29,383 nucleotides of DNA from a virus (Duplodnaviria > Caudoviricetes): IMG/VR virus record IMGVR_UViG_3300012953_000152, positions 1 through 29,383 of that record, one strand, 5' to 3'. The notes below the pieces were generated by a model. It did not search any database and had not been told where the DNA came from. It saw only the letters and a program-made list of their open reading frames with translations. Position numbers and translations under genes: made by a program. Below are positions 1-7,444 of the stretch, piece after piece; the stretch's first letter is position 1, and each line of letters starts with the position of its first letter.

Positions 1-777
1 CTCATAGACAGAAACCCTTGGGGCGTAGTCCGTACACTACCTGGCACAAAACCAGGAGACGGCGTCTTCATAGCGCAGATCCCAGACGTAACGAAGGGAC
101 ACATGCAGGACATTGCCGCCATGTCCGAACTAAAACAAAGAGTATCATCAGCCTCAGACGCACAACAGGGTATGCCCACATCAGACGGCGTTCGAACTGC
201 CACAGAGATACAACGCCTCACTCAACTCGGATCTCAACGTCTGGGCGTATTAGCCCGTGTCATGTCAGCCACCACCATCCGACCTATGGTACGGATGATG
301 GTTGCCAATATACAAGACAGTTTAGCAATGGAAGGCTCAATTAAAGTTGATGGTCAGAATATGCCCAACCAATTAACGGGCTTAGTAGAGGACGGCTACC
401 TCGATTACGACGTATCTAAAGACCTACAGGGCGACATAGACTACCTTGTCATAGACGGAACACTCCCTCTCGAACCCACACGAAACGCCGAAGCATGGAT
501 GAACATGCTTCAAATCATGGCGCAAACGGGTCTTAACATGGAGTACAACGCAGGGCAAATAGCCGAGGAAGCCATCAGAGCTATGGGTATAAGTGATCTT
601 GACCGCTTTCGTATATCAAAACAGCAGATGCAACAGGAAGGGCCATCTCCCTCCCAGCAAATGCAACTCATGGAAAAGATGCGTGGAGCGTCTGTCCAAC
701 CCAATGAGAACATTCAAAAAGAAGTAAGCAAGGGAAACTTAGTGCCACTTAATCAAGCGAGGGGAAATGAGCGATAA
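1..777 (+). CDS. Portal protein, C-terminal part (5' truncated by window edge)
   Basis: Frame 1 is open from base 1 (LIDRNPWGVVRTLPGTKPGDG...), so the ATG at 103 is internal. Contains the 'QQG...RTATEI' segment typical of P22/T7/SU10-like portals and a Gln-rich C-terminal tail; lies upstream of the head genes. Confidence 0.82.
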   Translation, partial: LIDRNPWGVVRTLPGTKPGDGVFIAQIPDVTKGHMQDIAAMSELKQRVSSASDAQQGMPTSDGVRTATEIQRLTQLGSQRLGVLARVMSATTIRPMVRMMVANIQDSLAMEGSIKVDGQNMPNQLTGLVEDGYLDYDVSKDLQGDIDYLVIDGTLPLEPTRNAEAWMNMLQIMAQTGLNMEYNAGQIAEEAIRAMGISDLDRFRISKQQMQQEGPSPSQQMQLMEKMRGASVQPNENIQKEVSKGNLVPLNQARGNER

Positions 778-1039
778 AAAAGAAATATTAGGATCTCTAG
801 TAGACGGAAAGGTCGTTGACTTCGTAACCGAGGTAGAACGCATACAGCAACTAGAACTAGATGCCCGTCACAAAGAACAAAAGAGCGACGTAAGCCAAGT
901 CAAAGACATGATTAAAGAACTTGAAATCCGTGTCGCCGAACTTGAGGGCGCACAAAATTCAGTCAATCTGGACGACAAGTATGCCCTTACTAAGGCAAAA
1001 TTGGTCAGGTTAATGAAAGAAATGGGGTACTACGACTAA
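767..1039 (+). CDS. Hypothetical coiled-coil protein (90 aa)
   Basis: GAGGGG SD before the ATG; overlaps the portal end; TAATG coupling to the next gene; heptad pattern (IKELEIRVAELE). Confidence 0.8.
   Translation: MSDKKEILGSLVDGKVVDFVTEVERIQQLELDARHKEQKSDVSQVKDMIKELEIRVAELEGAQNSVNLDDKYALTKAKLVRLMKEMGYYD
970..1001 (+). promoter_or_regulatory. Putative phage promoter copy 1 (GG-ACGACA-N18-CAAAAT)
   Basis: One of six similarly spaced copies; 69 nt upstream of the 1039 start; lies inside a CDS, so weaker. Confidence 0.45.
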
Positions 1040-3366
1040 TGGCAGAAACGCAACCCACATCAGAACAGATACGATTTCGCTCATCTAAGACAGGCGAACA
1101 TAATCTCGACACTTATATGGAGAGTATCGAGAAAGGAACACGCTCCCTCTACGATCTTATAGGCGACCTTTTTGACGATAGTGGTGTCTTTCGTGTAGCC
1201 AACTTCGAGTTTCGTTTCGATGCCTCGACAGACAAGCTCCAAGTAAGAGTAGGTAACTTCTCAAACAGTACCTCTGGTTGGTCAGACCTCACAACCTTCT
1301 TCAGCATAGAAGGAACATTCTCTAGCTCAACATCCTACAACAACTTCGATATAGTCACCCTATCCACCAAGGACGTATACATAGTCCACGGCTTATCATC
1401 AGCCGCAACATTCGCAGACGAAGCGGCATTCATCTCCTCATCCAACACAGAGAAAATAGTAGACGTATCAGAAGCAAAGAACTGGGCGATCAAAACAGAC
1501 GGACAAGTCTCCTCAACAGACTACTCATCAAAGGCATGGGCAATCGGTGGCACGGGCGTAACAGACACAGCCTCTAAAGGCGCGGCAAAAGAGTGGGCAA
1601 CAAAGACGTCGGGGACAGTCGACGGATCAAGTTACAGCGCGAAACATTGGGCAACAACAGGCAACGTCGCCACAGTATCGTCTGGCATATCCAACATCAA
1701 CACAGTCGCGGGAGCAATAGCCAACGTCAACACAGTAGCAGGGGTTTCTACATCCGTAGGATTACTCGGCACAAGTGATGCAGTTGCCGATATGAATTTA
1801 TTAGCGACATCAGGCAATATTACATCCATGTCGAACCTCGGAACGTCCACTAACGTAACAAACATGGCTAATTTAAATGCTTCTGGCGTCATTACCAACA
1901 TTGCAAACCTCAATGCCAGTGGTGTTATTACGAACATGGCGAACCTAAATGCGAGTGGAGTTATAGCGAATATTGGTACTACGGCTGGAATAAGTAGTGA
2001 AATTGCAACTGTAGCTGGGATAAGTTCGGCAGTTTCGAATGTTTCTGGGATCTCGTCTGCAATATCCACAGTCAACACTAACATTGCAAAAGTACAAGCC
2101 ACTGCAAATGATCTATTGGAAGCGACATCTGAAATAGATACAGTAGCAAATTCGATTGCAAACGTGGATACAGTCGGCGCGGCAATTTCAAACATCAACA
2201 CAGTAGCGACACACATCAGTGGCGTTAATAGTTTTGCAGACCGATATCGTATTGCTTCGTCTGCACCGACGTCTTCACTAGATGTAGGAGATCTATATTT
2301 TGACACGTCTGCCAATGAGCTAAAGGTTTATAAATCATCTGGTTGGGCGGCGGCTGGATCAACAGTCAACGGAACATCACAACGATACACCTATAATATA
2401 AGCGGAACGCCAACGACTGTTTCAGGCTCAGACGCAAATGGCGCAACTTTAGGATACGACGCTGGATACGCAGATGTTTACTTGAATGGTGTTCGATTAT
2501 CTAGTGCAGACATAACAATCTCATCTGGCACGTCTGTAGTCTTTGCATCAGCATTAGCAAATGGAGACGTTGTGGACGTGGTTGCATACGGCACATTCAA
2601 CGTCGCCTCTATAGACGCTGGCAATTTGTCGGCAGGATCAATTCCAAACGCAAGGTTTCCTGCAACATTGCCTGCTATTAGTGGAGCTAACCTCACCAAC
2701 TTAGATGCAAGTGATTTGGCTAGTGGTACAGTCCCAATAGCAAGACTTGGATCTTCAGGCACAAAAGACAACACCACGTTTCTTCGAGGTGACAACACAT
2801 TTGCCGTTGTAGACACAACAAACGCATCAAATCTTTCAACTGGCACAGTTAACATAGCAAGACTAGGAACCTCTGGAACAAAAGATTCAACTACCTTCCT
2901 TCGAGGTGACAATACTTTTGCTGTAGTAGATACAACTAACGCATCCAATCTATCAACAGGTACATTGCCAAATGCCAGATTATCGTCTGTACCTAACTCA
3001 GCTTTAGCTAACTCTTCCATAACAGTTAATGGTTCCGCTATCGCCTTGGGTGGTAGCGTCACAGTTGAAGTTGATTTCACATGGGAGACCAAAACGTCTG
3101 CCTTCAACGCTTCAGCTAATAAGGGTTATTTTGTAGATACAACAAGCGGTGCAATTACAGCGACACTTCCTGCGAGCCCCTCTGCTGGAGATACGATTAG
3201 ATTTATAGATCTGAGTGCTACTTTTGATAGCAATAATCTTACAGTTGCAAGGAATGGAAAGAAGATCCAGGGGGATGCAAGTGATATGACTGTAGCAACA
3301 GAGAGGGCTGGTTTTGCCTTGGTTTTTTCTGGTGACACTCAAGGCTGGTTGATGATGGAGAAATAA
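1039..3366 (+). CDS. Tail fibre protein (775 aa) with C-terminal T4 gp9/gp10-like beta domain
   Basis: Ser/Thr/Ala/Asn-rich shaft with 'AKxWA' and 'NINTVA' repeats; 'GDLYFDT..ELKVY' and 'DVYLNGV' modules; C-terminal 'GYFVDTTSGAITATLPASPSAGDTIRFID...NNLTVARNG' domain common in marine phage fibres. Confidence 0.85.
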   Translation: MAETQPTSEQIRFRSSKTGEHNLDTYMESIEKGTRSLYDLIGDLFDDSGVFRVANFEFRFDASTDKLQVRVGNFSNSTSGWSDLTTFFSIEGTFSSSTSYNNFDIVTLSTKDVYIVHGLSSAATFADEAAFISSSNTEKIVDVSEAKNWAIKTDGQVSSTDYSSKAWAIGGTGVTDTASKGAAKEWATKTSGTVDGSSYSAKHWATTGNVATVSSGISNINTVAGAIANVNTVAGVSTSVGLLGTSDAVADMNLLATSGNITSMSNLGTSTNVTNMANLNASGVITNIANLNASGVITNMANLNASGVIANIGTTAGISSEIATVAGISSAVSNVSGISSAISTVNTNIAKVQATANDLLEATSEIDTVANSIANVDTVGAAISNINTVATHISGVNSFADRYRIASSAPTSSLDVGDLYFDTSANELKVYKSSGWAAAGSTVNGTSQRYTYNISGTPTTVSGSDANGATLGYDAGYADVYLNGVRLSSADITISSGTSVVFASALANGDVVDVVAYGTFNVASIDAGNLSAGSIPNARFPATLPAISGANLTNLDASDLASGTVPIARLGSSGTKDNTTFLRGDNTFAVVDTTNASNLSTGTVNIARLGTSGTKDSTTFLRGDNTFAVVDTTNASNLSTGTLPNARLSSVPNSALANSSITVNGSAIALGGSVTVEVDFTWETKTSAFNASANKGYFVDTTSGAITATLPASPSAGDTIRFIDLSATFDSNNLTVARNGKKIQGDASDMTVATERAGFALVFSGDTQGWLMMEK
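1861..1968 (+). repeat. 3 x 36-nt coding tandem repeat (N[MI]ANLNASGVI[TA])
   Basis: Units start at 1861, 1897 and 1933; near-identical peptide with divergent codons. Confidence 0.9.
2707..2979 (+). repeat. About 2.3 x 117-nt coding tandem repeat (39 aa, ...GTKD[NS]TTFLRGDNTFAVVDTTNASNLSTGT...)
   Basis: Units start at 2707, 2824 and 2941. Confidence 0.9.
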
Positions 3367-3367
3367 T

Positions 3368-4102
3368 ATGAGTACATACGAAGGAAATAGATATAATTTT
3401 AATGGTGCAAATCTGACAGCACTAAACGGAAGCAACATAGCAAGTGGTACAGTACCAAATGCTAGAATAACCTTAGATGCTTCAGAGATACCTGACCTTC
3501 CAACTTCAAAAATAACGTCAGGAACTTTTGATAACGCTAGATTATCAAGTGGGTCAGTAACACAACACGTTGACCTATCTAATTTATCAGCATCAAACCT
3601 AACGAGTGGGACAATGCCAGATGCTAGATTTCCAGCTACCTTACCAGCAGTTAGCGGAGCAAACCTAACAAGTATGTCAGTAGCATCTTCTGTTGGCTCT
3701 TGGTCGCCAAGTATTAATTATCATAGTTGGAGTTTTCATCAAGCTAGATATGTTAAAGTTGGAAGAATATGCTTTGTTAGTCTTTACTTTCAATGGACAG
3801 CTAGTGGTGGTGGTGGTGGTGATGAAGCTGTTTATATGAGTGGGTTGCCTTTTACTTCTTGGAATAGTGGTAATCCTATTGGGCAAGGTTCTTATTATGG
3901 GTCTTATGATGAAGGTCAATGTTTGGTTATGGCAAATTCAACTGCTATGGATTTCTTGTCGAATGGTAATGGACAAAGGGTTATTAATGAACACAACTCA
4001 ACTGGGGGTTTATGGAACAGGTCTAAAACTTTATACCCTAGTTATCTGGGTTCTGAATATAGATATTTTTATGCTGAATGTACTTATATAACTGCATCAT
4101 AG
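3368..4102 (+). CDS. Short tail fibre / receptor-binding protein (244 aa)
   Basis: 'SGTxxxAR' shaft repeats shared with neighbouring genes; C-terminal tip domain 'GSWSP...YVKVGRIC...SGLPFT...TY'. Confidence 0.8.
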   Translation: MSTYEGNRYNFNGANLTALNGSNIASGTVPNARITLDASEIPDLPTSKITSGTFDNARLSSGSVTQHVDLSNLSASNLTSGTMPDARFPATLPAVSGANLTSMSVASSVGSWSPSINYHSWSFHQARYVKVGRICFVSLYFQWTASGGGGGDEAVYMSGLPFTSWNSGNPIGQGSYYGSYDEGQCLVMANSTAMDFLSNGNGQRVINEHNSTGGLWNRSKTLYPSYLGSEYRYFYAECTYITAS

Positions 4103-4112
4103 GAGAGAAAAA

Positions 4113-4514
4113 ATGGCTACAAAATATGAAATAAATAAACACGAATTTTCAGTAGATGTTATGAGGGTATCTGATGGTCATTCTTGTGGTTTTATGCCAA
4201 AGAATGTTTGGGAAGATATGGGTTCAACATATCAAGGAGATATTCTTTACACTACCCAGCACCAAAATGATGGGCTTATACCAGATGGCAAAAAGGTTGG
4301 TGATGTTTTTGTTCCTGGAGATACATTACCAGAGGGAAAAAAAGTTGGTGATGTCAAGGTTGCCGCTAAAGGCTGGCAAGAAGAAGATTATGATTGGGAT
4401 GCAGAATTAACTAGGGTCTTTGGTGAAGTTGATGCTGATGTAAAGACTGCTATTACTTCTCACTTTACTGATGATTTAAAAGCTAAATATGTAACTGCGG
4501 AAAAAGCAAAATGA
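4113..4514 (+). CDS. Fibre-associated acidic protein (133 aa), possible assembly chaperone
   Basis: AGGAG SD; lies between two fibre genes; internal duplication IPDGKKVGDV / LPEGKKVGDV; ATGA coupling to 4511. Confidence 0.7.
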   Translation: MATKYEINKHEFSVDVMRVSDGHSCGFMPKNVWEDMGSTYQGDILYTTQHQNDGLIPDGKKVGDVFVPGDTLPEGKKVGDVKVAAKGWQEEDYDWDAELTRVFGEVDADVKTAITSHFTDDLKAKYVTAEKAK

Positions 4515-5590
4515 CAAAAGCGCGAGACTTAGCAAATATAATTTCTGGTGGCTTAACTGCTGATGATATACCAGCTTTGCCAGCCTCTAAGATTACGTCT
4601 GGCAGTTTAAGTGCAGATAGAATACCAGATTTGCCAACCTCTAAGATTACTTCTGGAACTTTAGCTGATGCAAGAATACCAGACTTAGCCACATCTAAAA
4701 TAACTTCGGGTACTTTTGCGGATGCTAGATTAGCTTCTTCAAATGTAACTCAGCATGTAGATTTAACTTCACTGTCAGCATCAAACTTAACATCTGGTAC
4801 AGTCCCGTCTGCAAGATTATCCATTTCCGCTAGTGATGTTCCTAATTTAGACACCGCAAAAGTGACAACTGGTACGTTTGCTGATGCAAGGCTATCAAGT
4901 AGCTCTGTAACTCAACACGTTGATTTGACTGCATTGTCAGCTTCAAACCTAACGTCTGGCACTGTTCCCTCTGCTAGATTGTCTTTGTCAGCTAGTGATG
5001 TTCCAGCTTTAGCAACGTCAAAGATTACGTCTGGTACGTTTGATGATGCTCGTTTTGCCGCCTCAAACATAACTCAGCACGTTGACTTATCAAATCTTAG
5101 TGCTTCTAATCTTACCTCTGGAACAATGCCAGATGCACGATTTCCAGCAACACTTCCAGCCGTTAGTGGTGCGAATTTAACAAGTATGTCTGTGGCATCA
5201 ACAGTTGGAACTTGGTCGCCATCATTTGGAGTTGGGTCAACGCATAGTGTTACTGCTAAATATGTAAAAGTTGGAAAGATTTGTCATGCTAGATGTAGCT
5301 TTTATTGTAGTGGTACAGAAAGTTCTCGTTCTGATAGCCAATTAGTATTAAGTGGACTTCCTTTTACTGCCGCTTCTAGCGACACTTATGCTGGTGCTGG
5401 TAGGGCGTCTGGGTTCAGTAATGCAAATGGTGACTGTTTCGTTTTATCTGGGACTAATACGTTAGTAGTAATAGCTAGTTTAAAACCCCCCCAAAACGTT
5501 CTTTATTCTGGTGCAAGAGCAAGAAAGCATAGTTATCGTGATGATAATGAATTGTATTTTCGATTTCACTTTACTTATGCAACTGCTTGA
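4511..5590 (+). CDS. Short tail fibre / receptor-binding protein (359 aa), paralogue of 3368-4102
   Basis: N-terminal MTKARDLA motif; 18-aa and 54-aa shaft repeats; tip 'GTWSP...YVKVGKIC...SGLPFT...TY'. Confidence 0.8.
   Translation: MTKARDLANIISGGLTADDIPALPASKITSGSLSADRIPDLPTSKITSGTLADARIPDLATSKITSGTFADARLASSNVTQHVDLTSLSASNLTSGTVPSARLSISASDVPNLDTAKVTTGTFADARLSSSSVTQHVDLTALSASNLTSGTVPSARLSLSASDVPALATSKITSGTFDDARFAASNITQHVDLSNLSASNLTSGTMPDARFPATLPAVSGANLTSMSVASTVGTWSPSFGVGSTHSVTAKYVKVGKICHARCSFYCSGTESSRSDSQLVLSGLPFTAASSDTYAGAGRASGFSNANGDCFVLSGTNTLVVIASLKPPQNVLYSGARARKHSYRDDNELYFRFHFTYATA
4568..5140 (+). repeat. Nested coding repeats: 3 x 54 nt (IPxLxxSKITSGxxxxxR) then about 2.7 x 162 nt
   Basis: 18-aa units from 4568; 54-aa units start at 4700, 4862 and 5024. 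Confidence 0.88.
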
Positions 5591-5602
5591 TAGGACAGAC
5601 AG

Positions 5603-5770
5603 ATGACCAGAGGCAGACCCCCATTAGAACCAAGAATTGCAAAGCTGGAAACAGAGACAGCCATACAATTCCGAGATTTGTTCAACCGCGTCAAACGCAT
5701 CGAGTCCATACTGATCGGATCAGCAGGCGCAATAATGTTACTTTTAATCAGCATACTATGGAGAATATAA
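5603..5770 (+). CDS. Small coiled-coil + single-TM membrane protein (55 aa), XhlA-like architecture; not in ORF track
   Basis: Manual translation: MTRGRPPLEPRIAKLETETAIQFRDLFNRVKRIESILIGSAGAIMLLLISILWRI*. AGGA SD upstream; fills the gap after 5590. Confidence 0.8.
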   Translation: MTRGRPPLEPRIAKLETETAIQFRDLFNRVKRIESILIGSAGAIMLLLISILWRI

Positions 5771-5771
5771 A

Positions 5772-5906
5772 ATGAGTGAGACAGGAAACACAACAAAGTA
5801 CAACGCAAAAGGCAGTGCCGTCCTTCGAACCAAGAATAACAAAGGACACGGAGCAGTCATGTCAAAAAAAGCCACTGCAAAAAAAGGTAAAAAAGCTAAG
5901 AGATAA
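5772..5906 (+). CDS. Small Lys-rich basic protein (44 aa); not in ORF track
   Basis: Manual translation: MSETGNTTKYNAKGSAVLRTKNNKGHGAVMSKKATAKKGKKAKR*. GGAG SD at about 5760; starts 1 nt after the previous stop; TAATG coupling to 5906. Confidence 0.75.
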   Translation: MSETGNTTKYNAKGSAVLRTKNNKGHGAVMSKKATAKKGKKAKR

Positions 5907-6172
5907 TGAACTCAAAAGCCAAACTAAGGGCTGTTGACGACCTTATGAAGTCGAAAGGTTGGCAAGTCCTTAACCAAATTATGAAAGACGAGATCGTTTC
6001 GTCTGCCATGTCTATTGCAGACAATGCGTCTATGGATCTACAGGAAATAAACTTCAGACGTGGTTCTATCTGGGCGGCGAAGCAAATGTTAGAGATGCCA
6101 ATACGTCTGCGACAGAAATTAGAAGCAGAAATTGCATTAGATACGGACGACAGACAGACAACCGACGACTAA
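5906..6172 (+). CDS. Small helical head-module protein (88 aa) of the type found between portal and scaffold
   Basis: 'LMKSKGWQVL...FRRG....L.MP' pattern; sits directly before the scaffold gene. Confidence 0.7.
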   Translation: MNSKAKLRAVDDLMKSKGWQVLNQIMKDEIVSSAMSIADNASMDLQEINFRRGSIWAAKQMLEMPIRLRQKLEAEIALDTDDRQTTDD

Positions 6173-6175
6173 AAT
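6145..6175 (+). promoter_or_regulatory. Putative phage promoter copy 2 (GG-ACGACA-N17-TAAAAT)
   Basis: Best match to the consensus; 82 nt upstream of the scaffold start. Confidence 0.65.
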
Positions 6176-6197
6176 CTTCAATATTGTTAACAAAAGA

Positions 6198-6213
6198 ACC
6201 CGCTTCGGCTGGT
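6198..6213 (+). promoter_or_regulatory. UUCG hairpin (ACC-C-GC-UUCG-GC-U-GGU) abutting the scaffold SD
   Basis: AAGGAG follows immediately at 6214-6219; same 10-nt core as at 7361-7370. Confidence 0.5.
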
Positions 6214-6226
6214 AAGGAGAAAAAAA

Positions 6227-7255
6227 ATGGCAAAACCACAAGACCCCCAACAACAAGCCGCTATGATAGACGGATTAGCCGCAAAAGCTATGGGCGTTCC
6301 CCAGCAACAGGCGCAAACCCCTGCCCCTCAAGCACCGACACCAGAACCAAAGGACAGCAAAGAAGATAAAGCACAGACGAAAGGCTCTCCTGAAACTGAA
6401 GGCGATAAAATTTCCGCAGAAGCTATCATATATGAGGTGGACTTCGGCGAAGGCAACAATCGCAAGCTAACACCTCAACAAATCAAGTCTACTTTTGAAA
6501 GATATGGCGCATTAAACCACGAACACGCAAAGATAAAACCTATCATGGACGTTATTCGTAACTATATGAAGGCAAATCCAGGCACATCTTCCAAAGAAGT
6601 AGCAGAAACCCTAGCAAATCTGGCTAAAGGTGGAGAACGAAACCCGACTATGGGCAATACAGACGGGAAGAAGTCACAATCACCAGACGATATGGAGCAA
6701 TCCCTAAAGAAATGGGAAGAAGACAACGCCGCTTCTCTCCCACCTGGCTATAAAGAGATGATGATGGCGAATGGCAATGGAATGAACAACATCCAAAGCC
6801 AACTTCAACAAACACAGCAAATGCTCCAACAAGTCCTAGCTAATTCAGCAGGCGTAGCAGACGCCGCAAGACAAGGCGTACAAGGAGCGCAACAACAACA
6901 GATACAAGCTGTTCAACAACAGATAGCAAACAATATAGACAAGGTTCAACAGGCAATCGGTCTGCCAGACAGCGCGGCAAACGACTTTATGGTCTTTGCT
7001 GGCGAACGAGGCTACACCCTAGAGGATTTTGTAGACCCCTCACTCACAATAAAAGTAATGCAAGACTTTAAAAACAATATGAACAGTCCAGAGATGGAGA
7101 GAATGAAGGCAATGGCGCAAAGACGCCTAGCCTACACAGGATCTATGGGCTCTACTCCATCAGCAACACCCTCACCTGAAGGAGCAAATCCTCAAGGTGA
7201 GAGTACGTTCGATAAACTATCCGCAAGCGTTATGACGAAAAAAGGTTTAGCGTAG
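6227..7255 (+). CDS. Capsid scaffolding protein (342 aa)
   Basis: Directly upstream of the MCP; low-complexity P/Q/E/K N-terminus, 'YEVDFGEG..RKLT' beta motif, long Gln-rich helices. Confidence 0.75.
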   Translation: MAKPQDPQQQAAMIDGLAAKAMGVPQQQAQTPAPQAPTPEPKDSKEDKAQTKGSPETEGDKISAEAIIYEVDFGEGNNRKLTPQQIKSTFERYGALNHEHAKIKPIMDVIRNYMKANPGTSSKEVAETLANLAKGGERNPTMGNTDGKKSQSPDDMEQSLKKWEEDNAASLPPGYKEMMMANGNGMNNIQSQLQQTQQMLQQVLANSAGVADAARQGVQGAQQQQIQAVQQQIANNIDKVQQAIGLPDSAANDFMVFAGERGYTLEDFVDPSLTIKVMQDFKNNMNSPEMERMKAMAQRRLAYTGSMGSTPSATPSPEGANPQGESTFDKLSASVMTKKGLA

Positions 7256-7279
7256 TTTTCATGTACCTTCCTTCAAACT

Positions 7280-7306
7280 AGCCCCTGCAAAGGGGCTTTT
7301 TTTTTT
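7280..7306 (+). terminator. Rho-independent terminator after scaffold gene
   Basis: AGCCCCT-GCAA-AGGGGCT stem with GNRA loop, followed by a run of T to 7306. Confidence 0.92.
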
Positions 7307-7311
7307 GATAG

Positions 7312-7342
7312 GGACGAAAACTATAAATCTCTCCCCTATACT
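7312..7342 (+). promoter_or_regulatory. Putative phage promoter copy 3 (GG-ACGAAA-N17-TATACT), drives the capsid gene
   Basis: Starts 6 nt after a strong terminator, so the MCP needs its own promoter here; near-consensus -10 and no TTGACA-like -35. Confidence 0.7.
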
Positions 7343-7348
7343 AAACCC

Positions 7349-7410
7349 AGTCAATAATTGCGCTACGGCTCATAGACTATAGAGTAAGCGAAGGTTTTTC
7401 CCGCAAGCTC
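7349..7410 (+). promoter_or_regulatory. Structured 5' leader of capsid mRNA (two hairpins)
   Basis: Hairpin 1: AGTC(7349-52)/GACT(7375-78) enclosing TG-C-GC-TACG-GC-T-CA. Hairpin 2: GAGT/GCTC and GCG/CGC stems at 7382-7410. Confidence 0.45.
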
Positions 7411-7444
7411 GTCAAATCGCAACTTTAATTAATGGAGGCCAATA

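Noticed and set aside
1861-5200. CRISPR-like array
   Set aside because: The repeats are in-frame, degenerate at codon third positions and have no unique spacers.
3368-5590. Diversity-generating retroelement or invertase shufflon acting on fibre tips
   Set aside because: Differences between the copies are synonymous and not adenine-specific; there is no reverse transcriptase, recombinase or inverted crossover site in the window.
5575-5808. ORF-track calls 5587-5775 (+) and 5575-5808 (-)
   Set aside because: Better explained by the 5603-5770 and 5772-5906 genes, which have SD sequences and tight coupling.
7256-7444. tRNA or known riboswitch in the scaffold-capsid gap
   Set aside because: No cloverleaf or T-loop consensus and no riboswitch consensus that I can recognise.
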